This document shows positions 57,088 to 64,000 of a stretch of DNA of 64,000 bases, piece after piece. The notes under the pieces were generated by a model. It did not search any database. It saw nothing but the letters and a program-made list of their open reading frames with translations, and was not told where the DNA came from. The first letter of the stretch is position 1, and each line of letters starts with the position of its first letter. The translations under genes were made by a program, and so were the position numbers. Source of the stretch: Myxococcota bacterium (GTDB lineage: Bacteria > Myxococcota_A > Polyangia > Nannocystales > Nannocystaceae); the NCBI GenBank assembly GCA_039028615.1, contig JBCCHT010000017.1:32001-96000 (forward strand), in the 5' to 3' direction.

Positions 57088-59484
57088 CTACCGCAGCCGC
57101 AGGCTCTCCACCATCCACGGATCGAGCTGTTCGAGCTCCGCAACGAGGCCCACGATCGCCTCGGGAGGTCCAACCTCGCGCTGCTTCAGCACCAATTGCG
57201 CCTCGACGGGTCCTGGGCTGGTCAGCTCGATGACCTGCGTCCGGCTGGACTCCGCGGTGTAATCGGTGGCCGAACATTCGACCGCGCTGCACTCGACCAG
57301 GTCCCACCCCCGCCGGAGGATCAGGTACCGAGTGCCCTCGTCGGCCGTACGCACGGTGAGTCGCTGCATGACGGTGGCGGGGTCGACCGCTTCGGGCCAC
57401 GGCGAGACGTCCATGTTCCGCGCCCGCTGGTGCCAAGTCGCCTCGGGATCGAGCTGCCCGGCGTCGACCACGGGCTGGCACCAGCGCTCGCCGTCGATCT
57501 GGCCGCACGCCTCGAACTCGCCGCGCTGCACCCACGGCTCGGGGCCGAGACCGAGCACCGCGACGTGGCTGGCCAGCGGCACGCGCTCCCAGCCTCCGGG
57601 GAGCTCTGGAGGCTCGTCGGGGAACATGAATGCCACGATGGGCCGTTGCCCGGCCTGACGCTCGGACTCCAGTGGGGTGTCGGGGTACAGCAGCGCGAGC
57701 CCGACGACATGGGCGAATCGAGAGGGCGCTTGCACCGAGAGCCCGACTCGATCGCGGGGAACACCGCGAGCGTGCAATGCCTTCGCCAGCAACTCCACAT
57801 CCTCGAGGCCGTAGGCCTGTTCGGGGTCCTCGGGGCCCTGGTTGTACGCCACCGCACCCGCGGCCAGCCATGCCGCGACCTGCCACCGCGGGTTCGGAAT
57901 GAGGCTCAGCAATCGAGCGCCGATGAAACCGGCGAAGCACGCGACGCCCGGCACCACCGCGGCGAAGTAGTGGCGCCGGGGGAGTTCCACGAGGATGGCC
58001 GCCGCCCCGATCGCGCTCACGACGAGCACGGTCGCGACGTAGATCAGGACCCGCTGACGAGCCACCGCCGACAGGCGCTCGAAACGGCCGCGCACCAGAC
58101 CGCCCAGGCCAACGCCCACCGGGACGCCCAGCGCGATGACCACGGGCAGAGGGCCCGCCGATTCCGTGCTGCGCCAGCTCAACACCGACTCGGGGTCGAT
58201 GATCGCGATCGTCAGGAACGCAGCATTGGCGGCCAGCAGGGCGTCGAAGGTCGAGCGGGCGCGAAGACTGGCGATGCCGGCCACCAGCGGAATGGCGAAC
58301 ACGTTGGTCGGATGAGCCTGCATCGCGAGGCCGGCCATGGCCCCGGCCGCAACCGCGAGCGACGGACCGCCGCGCTCGAGCAGGAGGGAGCACGACAAGA
58401 ACAGCGCCGCCAAGGGCAGCGTGGCCATGGCCGGGTTCCACAGCAACGGGTGGACCGCGAGCCACGGGCCGAGGAGTCCGGCCGCCAGCGCTGCCGCCCA
58501 AGCACCCCCGACCCCGTGCAGCCGTACCGCGAGCACGGCACACAGCGCGGCCGCGAGAGCGGCGCTCAGATCTCGAATCCAAGAGATCGTACCGAGGTCG
58601 GCACCCATCGAGCGCAAGGCCCCCAGCACCATCGGCCACAGACGCCCGTGCTGGATTCCCGGGATGGAGGACGAGTGGCTTCCCGGACCGACGCCCTCGA
58701 CCCAAAAGTCACGGGCGACGGCGAGATCACGCATCGAGTCATGGCGAATGGGCAGGCCGTGGCCAGACATCGCCAGGTACACCCCGGTGACCGCCATGGC
58801 CCCCGCCATGATCGCCAGCATCGTCGAACCGTGCGGCGACGGCAGCGGCACCCAACCGCGCTCCGCCCCATCGGAACGCCGAGAGCGCGCCAGCCAGGTC
58901 GCCAGCCCCGTCCCGAGCAAGAAGACCCACAACAACAGCCACGGGACGCGGGCCAGCAGATGAGCCCCGTCGTCCTCGGCCGAGCCGCGCGGTTTGGTGG
59001 ACTCGTCCCACTCCGCGACCATGTCCTCGAGCTCGAACGATCCCGCCTCGGTCCGTCTCTCCGCGGGCTGAATCAAGGCGACGATCGAGTCTTCGGGTTT
59101 GTCGGCCGCTTCGACTTCGCACGCCGTGAGCTCGGCGACGACGATCGGATCTTCGGCCAAGGCGGGGCCGAGCCCGGTCAACGCCGCCCCCAGCTCCTCG
59201 GGGAGCCGTGTGGCGCTGCTGCTGGTGACGAATTGATCGCCATCGACCTGAAGCGCCAACGCACCGGTCTCCCCCGAGAGCGTCTCGATCTCCAGGAATA
59301 TGACCGCGCCGTGGACGGTGGCCGTGATCGGCGCGAGCTCGGGCATCAACGCCGTCGCACGAGCGCGCACGACTTCGGGATCGCAAGAGCCCACGAGGTC
59401 TTCGGCGTAGGACTCGCCCGCGCCCAGTTCTCCTGCCCCGGGGTCACCCAGCAGCGCGAGACCGAGGACCCAGGCAGACAGCAC
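57088..59484 (-). CDS. Large polytopic membrane protein, GT-C-like
   Basis: HDSMRD, LWNP, AGLAMQAH, RHY; N- and C-terminal soluble domains. Confidence 0.55.
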   Translation of the reverse strand: MLSAWVLGLALLGDPGAGELGAGESYAEDLVGSCDPEVVRARATALMPELAPITATVHGAVIFLEIETLSGETGALALQVDGDQFVTSSSATRLPEELGAALTGLGPALAEDPIVVAELTACEVEAADKPEDSIVALIQPAERRTEAGSFELEDMVAEWDESTKPRGSAEDDGAHLLARVPWLLLWVFLLGTGLATWLARSRRSDGAERGWVPLPSPHGSTMLAIMAGAMAVTGVYLAMSGHGLPIRHDSMRDLAVARDFWVEGVGPGSHSSSIPGIQHGRLWPMVLGALRSMGADLGTISWIRDLSAALAAALCAVLAVRLHGVGGAWAAALAAGLLGPWLAVHPLLWNPAMATLPLAALFLSCSLLLERGGPSLAVAAGAMAGLAMQAHPTNVFAIPLVAGIASLRARSTFDALLAANAAFLTIAIIDPESVLSWRSTESAGPLPVVIALGVPVGVGLGGLVRGRFERLSAVARQRVLIYVATVLVVSAIGAAAILVELPRRHYFAAVVPGVACFAGFIGARLLSLIPNPRWQVAAWLAAGAVAYNQGPEDPEQAYGLEDVELLAKALHARGVPRDRVGLSVQAPSRFAHVVGLALLYPDTPLESERQAGQRPIVAFMFPDEPPELPGGWERVPLASHVAVLGLGPEPWVQRGEFEACGQIDGERWCQPVVDAGQLDPEATWHQRARNMDVSPWPEAVDPATVMQRLTVRTADEGTRYLILRRGWDLVECSAVECSATDYTAESSRTQVIELTSPGPVEAQLVLKQREVGPPEAIVGLVAELEQLDPWMVESLRLR

Positions 59485-59502
59485 GGCTCGATCCTGACGG
59501 AT

Positions 59503-60264
59503 TCAGACCAAGGAGCGCAATAGCTCGCTGTCGCCCACGTAGGGCTTCCAGCTCTCGTCCCGCCAGGAAGGCGCCTCGGCATGGCTCGCCGTGAAGTAGC
59601 AGGCCACGAACGAACGCAAGCCCGCGGAGCGCTTGGGGCGGGCGGCGTGCCAGGTATTTTGCTCGGCCAAGACCACCGTGCCCCGGCGACACGACAGCTC
59701 GACCTGCCCCTCCCAGTGCTCGTCGTTGGGGTCGAAGGGCGGCCGCGTCGGATCCTCGAGGCGGCGCGGGTACACCAGCAGCTCGCCGTTTTCGGGGGTC
59801 AAGTCGTCGAGGTACAGCAGCATGGTGAGCCGCTCCGACCGCGTGAACGTGGGGAACAGCCCCTTTTTGCGGTAGACCAGGTTGTCGACGCCCCCGACGT
59901 GCATGTGCCAGGGAAAGAAGGGGCGGTCGCCGTGGTTGACGATGGCCGCGGTGTACTCGAGGAACATGTCGTCTCCGAGCACGGCCCGGGCCGAGGCCAC
60001 CACCTCGGGATCGAGCAGGTGCCCCGCCAGCTCGCCGCAGTGCTTGCCGAGCTGGTGAAAGACCAGGCCCACCACCGAGACCTCCACGTCGGGCGCAGGC
60101 TCGAGCGGCGGGCGAGCGAAGGTGATCGGCGACCCGATCTCCGTGTAGCGCGTGGTGATGCGTTCGCGGATGAAATCGACCGCGTCCGGGCGGCAGGCGT
60201 CCTCGAAGACCGCGTAGCCTCGCTCGCGGATCTCGGCCGCGGCCTGCTGTGCACGCGTGGTCAT
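59503..60264 (-). CDS. PhyH-like Fe(II)/2OG dioxygenase (paralog of 45430-46218)
   Basis: RERGY, WHMHVGGVD, LYLDDLTPENGEL, TWHAA, RSFV. Confidence 0.8.
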   Translation of the reverse strand: MTTRAQQAAAEIRERGYAVFEDACRPDAVDFIRERITTRYTEIGSPITFARPPLEPAPDVEVSVVGLVFHQLGKHCGELAGHLLDPEVVASARAVLGDDMFLEYTAAIVNHGDRPFFPWHMHVGGVDNLVYRKKGLFPTFTRSERLTMLLYLDDLTPENGELLVYPRRLEDPTRPPFDPNDEHWEGQVELSCRRGTVVLAEQNTWHAARPKRSAGLRSFVACYFTASHAEAPSWRDESWKPYVGDSELLRSLV

Positions 60265-60278
60265 GGGCAGCTACGATC

Positions 60279-61634
60279 CTAGCCCGCCGTCGGCCGGGTG
60301 CCCAGCGGCTCCACCACCGCGTCACCGTAGCGAGCATGCTCCTCGGGGCGCACGCCGAAGCAGGCATCGGCGACCCGGCAATCATCGCAGGACGGGAGCT
60401 TGACGCGGAAGTGACGGGGCAGCGGACCCGGGATCGGACGCAGGCTGACGACGCGTGGATCGGCCCCGAACGCGCACAAAGCCGGGCCGCAGGGTCCATC
60501 GAGCCCGTCGAGCTCGAGGCCCACCGCCACCGCCCGCTCCACCGTCTCGCGCAACGCAGAGCGGAGCTGGTGGGGCTCGGGCAGCATGTCCTGCAGCAGC
60601 TGCTTTTCGTAGGGCTCGGTCGGGTACGAGAGCATCAGGCCGGAGATCCCACGGTGGCCGAACTCGCGGGCGATGAGGTCCGGCAGCTCGGGCAATCGCT
60701 CGAGGCCCGCGCTGGTCATCACCGCGTTGAGCTTCACCGCCACCCCGGCCGCCAGCAGCCGCTGGATGCCCGCGACCGTGCGTCCGTGGGTCCCCGGGGC
60801 GCGGGTGATCGCGTCCGAGACCTCGGGATCGGAGCTGTGCAGCGAGACGAAGGCGTCGGTGAGGCCCGCCTCCCTCAGGGTCTGCGCGTAGTCCCCTCGG
60901 CTACAGCGGATCGCGTTGGTCTCGAGGGTGATCGTCGAAAAGCCCAGCCCCCGGGCGAAGCGCAGGTGCTCGGGGAGCTTGGCGTCCAGCGAAGGCTCGC
61001 CGCCCGAGATCAGCAACGCACGCGCCCCCGCGGCGTACAGGTCCTCGATCCAGGTCCGTACTTGCTCCGCCCCGAACCCACCCCAGTCGCGCGACTGCCA
61101 GCACATGCCGCAGTCCTGGTTGCACAGGTAGCCGAGCCGCACCAAGCCCACGCGCGGCTCCACCCCCGCGACGATCTGTCGGTGGAACTCCATGCGCACG
61201 CCGACCGGGATCCGTCGCAGTCGTGCCGCGACCTCGGCGGCTTGTTTCCAGCGCGCCGCCGTCGTCGCTCGCGCCACGCGATCGGCCAAGGTCTGCATGA
61301 CCTTCATGTAGCGATCGGCTCCCGGGTTGAGCCGCACGACCTCGACCTCGACCGCAATGCTGCCGACGCCCTGGAACCGCCGCATCCGCAGATGAGCGAC
61401 CGGAGCCTCCAGACCCAACACCAAGTCGATGCTGCCCCGCGGGACCTCGACGCCCAACAGGCGCAAACCCGAGGCCGGCAAGTCCACGGGCAGCGACGGG
61501 GCCCGCACCAGGATGCCGGCAATCTCCAACGCCAGCCGGTCTCCCTCGATCTCGGCGGGTGGCGGATCGCGAAAAACGGGCTCTGACGGGCGCTGCGACG
61601 AGTCCCCGGAGGACGGGCTCGATCCTGCCGTCAC
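60279..61634 (-). CDS. HxsC-like radical SAM protein with N-terminal extension
   Basis: CNQDCGMC, SGGEPS, ETNA, SLHS; PALC...CDDCRVADACFG. The track's 1221-aa version is extended by a shadow frame. Confidence 0.85.
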   Translation of the reverse strand: MTAGSSPSSGDSSQRPSEPVFRDPPPAEIEGDRLALEIAGILVRAPSLPVDLPASGLRLLGVEVPRGSIDLVLGLEAPVAHLRMRRFQGVGSIAVEVEVVRLNPGADRYMKVMQTLADRVARATTAARWKQAAEVAARLRRIPVGVRMEFHRQIVAGVEPRVGLVRLGYLCNQDCGMCWQSRDWGGFGAEQVRTWIEDLYAAGARALLISGGEPSLDAKLPEHLRFARGLGFSTITLETNAIRCSRGDYAQTLREAGLTDAFVSLHSSDPEVSDAITRAPGTHGRTVAGIQRLLAAGVAVKLNAVMTSAGLERLPELPDLIAREFGHRGISGLMLSYPTEPYEKQLLQDMLPEPHQLRSALRETVERAVAVGLELDGLDGPCGPALCAFGADPRVVSLRPIPGPLPRHFRVKLPSCDDCRVADACFGVRPEEHARYGDAVVEPLGTRPTAG

Positions 61635-61766
61635 GCCCACCAGCATAGACCCTCCGTCGCCCCGTCGCGACCAGCGTTCCTCGCTCCCCTCGGTTGATCG
61701 GCGAAACCCCCTGGGCGATACTCGACAGCGCTCTTTACGGGCTCGTAGCGGGCATCTGGTCGTTCC

Positions 61767-64000
61767 ATGCAGCGCACGCGAAACTCCGTCGATGTGTTGT
61801 TCCGCGGGCGGTGCACCCTGGGCTGCGCCCCCTGCGACTGCGGCCGATCCGACGATCCCGAGCGCTTCGAAGGCGCCCTGGCGAGCACCGCCGAGCGCGT
61901 GGTCCTGCGGGGCTGTGCCGAGACCCGAGGCGACCTCCCCGAGCTGGTGCAGCAGGTCCGAGAGTCGGGCAAGGTCGTGGTGCTGCGGACCAATGCCATC
62001 GCCTTCGCGCGCCCCGAAGCGGCGACCCGCCTCGCGCGAATGGGGCTCGACGCGGTCCTGGTGCCCATCTTCTCGCACCACGCGACGCCCCACGACAAGA
62101 TGGCCGGGCGCGCGGGCTCGCTGCGCTCCGCGCTGCAGGGCATCGCCACGCTCGCGCAGGCCGGGTTGGGCATCGAGATCGAAGTCCCGGTGCTGAGCGC
62201 ACGGCTGCAGAACCTCGACCGCATCCTCGACATGGTGCGGGCGGTCGCGCCTCGCCTCGAGCACATCCGGCTGTTCGTTCCGCAGGCCGACACCATGGCC
62301 GCCGTGTTCGCCCCGCCCCCGTGGGACGAGCGTCGGCCCGACGTCGAGGCGTTCTTCCACCGCTGCATCGCCGAGAAGATCCGCGTGCAGATCGATCAGC
62401 CCGACGGGATCCCGCAGTGCGCCATCCCCAGCGACGAGGACCTGTGGCCGCTGGTGCGCTTCGATCCCAAGGGCAAGGCCGAGCCGCTGCCGGGGGCCTC
62501 GTATCCGAAGGCCTGCGATTCCTGCAAGGTTCGACCCCAGTGCGCAGGCGTGGTCGCCCCCTATCGCGCCGCCCACGACGGGCGCGGCTTGGTGCCCTTC
62601 GACCGCAAGCCCAAGCGCATGTACGAGCAGCGGACCACCCCGCGACCGCGGTGGACCGAGCTTCGGCGGCGCGCCGCGTCCACCCCCGAGAACGTGGTGC
62701 TGCGGCCCACCGTCAACTGCAACCAAGACTGCCCTTTTTGCAGCGCCAACGAGACCTCCAGCGACATCTGGCCCGATCAGCAGCAGATGCTGCGCCGCAT
62801 CGCTCGCGTGGGCCGAACCGGGGTCGAGCGCATCTCCTTCAGCGGCGGCGAGCCGATGCTCTCCCGCGACATCACCAGCTATATCCGCACCGCGCGGCGC
62901 GTCGGCGTGCCCGTGGTGGAGCTGGTCACCAATGCGGTACTGCTCGCCTCCCCGCGGCGCGCCCAGGCGGTCGCGGACGCCGGGCTCACCCACGCGTTCG
63001 TCTCGCTGCACGCCCACACCGAGGAGGTCTCGCGCTACCAGACCCGCAAGGTCGGCGACTTCGCCAAGACCATCGCGGGCGTGAAGAACCTGCTCGGACA
63101 TGGGGTCGAGGTCGTCCTCAACCACGTCATCAACTCGCGAAACTACCGCTACCTGCGGCGCTACACCGAGTTCGTACACGAACAGTTCGAGGGCAAGGCG
63201 CCGATCTCCTTCGCCTTCATCACCCCGCAGTTCCAGGCCCTCGAGCGCATCGACCTCGTGCCGCGCATGTCGGAGGTGATGCCGTTTTTGCGTGACGCCA
63301 TGTATCGCGCCCAGCAGATCGGCCAGGGCTTTCACATCGGCTCTCGCCAGGGCATCCCGCCGTGTCAGCTGCGGGAGTTCGAGTTTTGGTCCGACGTGCT
63401 CGAGAGTTCCTCGAATGCCGCGGCCGAGGACTCGTACCAGAAGATCCGCAGCCCGGTCTGCGACGAGTGCAAGTACTCCCGCGTGTGTACGGGTCTGTGG
63501 CGCCCCTACGCGGACATGTACGGCCTCGACGAGCTGCGGGCGCTCCCGGGCGAGCTGCCCCCGGATGCACGGGCCGGAGCCGACGCGTGGGCCCCCGTGC
63601 CCTTCGACCAGGTCCCCGACGTGTTCCGCGATCGGGAGGCCGAGGCCGAGTACACCCAGGGTCGCTCGCAGCCGACGCCCGAGGTCGAGCCGGAGCTCCC
63701 GGAGGAGACCGGTCACTCCCGACAGCCCCGCGTGCTGCTCGTCGGCACGGGCAATCGGGCGCGAGTCTTGGCGCGAGAGCTCATTCGCACGCCCGAGCTG
63801 CTGATCGGCTGCGTCGCCTCTCCGCACGCGCCCGATGGCGATCTGGGCGCCTTCGGCAATGCCCCGGCCTACCGCGACATGGCCGAGGCGCAGGACGAGC
63901 AGGACCCCGACGGGATGGTGATCGCCAGCAACACGCGCCACCACCTGCCGGCCCTGCGCCGCGCTCGCGAGGCCGGGATCCCAGCGCTCGTCGAAAAACC
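61767..64000 (+). CDS. Fusion of two HxsC-like radical SAM domains + Gfo/Idh/MocA oxidoreductase (runs off the window)
   Basis: Not in the ORF track; translated by hand: MQRTRNSVDVLFRGRCTLGCAPC ... CDSCKVRPQCAG ... CNQDCPFC, SGGEP ... CDECKYSRVCTG ... VLLVGTG ... IASNTRHH ... LVEKP. Confidence 0.85.
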   Translation, partial: MQRTRNSVDVLFRGRCTLGCAPCDCGRSDDPERFEGALASTAERVVLRGCAETRGDLPELVQQVRESGKVVVLRTNAIAFARPEAATRLARMGLDAVLVPIFSHHATPHDKMAGRAGSLRSALQGIATLAQAGLGIEIEVPVLSARLQNLDRILDMVRAVAPRLEHIRLFVPQADTMAAVFAPPPWDERRPDVEAFFHRCIAEKIRVQIDQPDGIPQCAIPSDEDLWPLVRFDPKGKAEPLPGASYPKACDSCKVRPQCAGVVAPYRAAHDGRGLVPFDRKPKRMYEQRTTPRPRWTELRRRAASTPENVVLRPTVNCNQDCPFCSANETSSDIWPDQQQMLRRIARVGRTGVERISFSGGEPMLSRDITSYIRTARRVGVPVVELVTNAVLLASPRRAQAVADAGLTHAFVSLHAHTEEVSRYQTRKVGDFAKTIAGVKNLLGHGVEVVLNHVINSRNYRYLRRYTEFVHEQFEGKAPISFAFITPQFQALERIDLVPRMSEVMPFLRDAMYRAQQIGQGFHIGSRQGIPPCQLREFEFWSDVLESSSNAAAEDSYQKIRSPVCDECKYSRVCTGLWRPYADMYGLDELRALPGELPPDARAGADAWAPVPFDQVPDVFRDREAEAEYTQGRSQPTPEVEPELPEETGHSRQPRVLLVGTGNRARVLARELIRTPELLIGCVASPHAPDGDLGAFGNAPAYRDMAEAQDEQDPDGMVIASNTRHHLPALRRAREAGIPALVEK

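Noticed and set aside
61635..63944. N-terminal ~770 aa of the 1221-aa minus-strand ORF
   Set aside because: It is antisense to the motif-rich + strand gene starting at 61767; only 60279-61634 has protein motifs.

Overview
This is a high-GC window from what looks like a myxobacterium (MYXO-CTERM tail, Myxococcus-type Cys-rich repeat proteins). It is dominated by an unusually large His-Xaa-Ser (Hxs) peptide-modification (RiPP-like) locus. The core is a 139-aa precursor with 27 tandem His-Xaa-Ser triplets (26139-26558), the radical SAM maturase HxsB, three HxsD-like proteins and an HExxH peptide-modifying protein. Across 10.5-64 kb I count 15 radical SAM(-like) genes with 18 domains: 16 carry CX3CX2C and 2 lack it. 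Most share an HxsC-type C-terminal Cys motif, and several are fusions (B12-rSAM+rSAM, rSAM+methyltransferase, rSAM+rSAM, rSAM+rSAM+Gfo/Idh/MocA). Interspersed are four Fe/2OG-type oxygenases (one fused to an amidohydrolase), three possible prenyltransferase-barrel proteins, a UbiA prenyltransferase, GT-C-like membrane proteins, a flippase-like protein and a CAAX-type protease. An unnamed ~90-aa domain recurs in at least five of these proteins. The left edge has a carbamoyltransferase, deacetylase, TPR protein and sulfotransferase. A partly lower-GC OmpA/PG-binding/FGE module (30.6-34.6 kb) interrupts the cluster, and a ~160-nt hairpin lies at 55.05-55.21 kb. I saw no rRNA, tRNA, CRISPR array or transposase. 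All family calls are by motif recognition; no searches were run.
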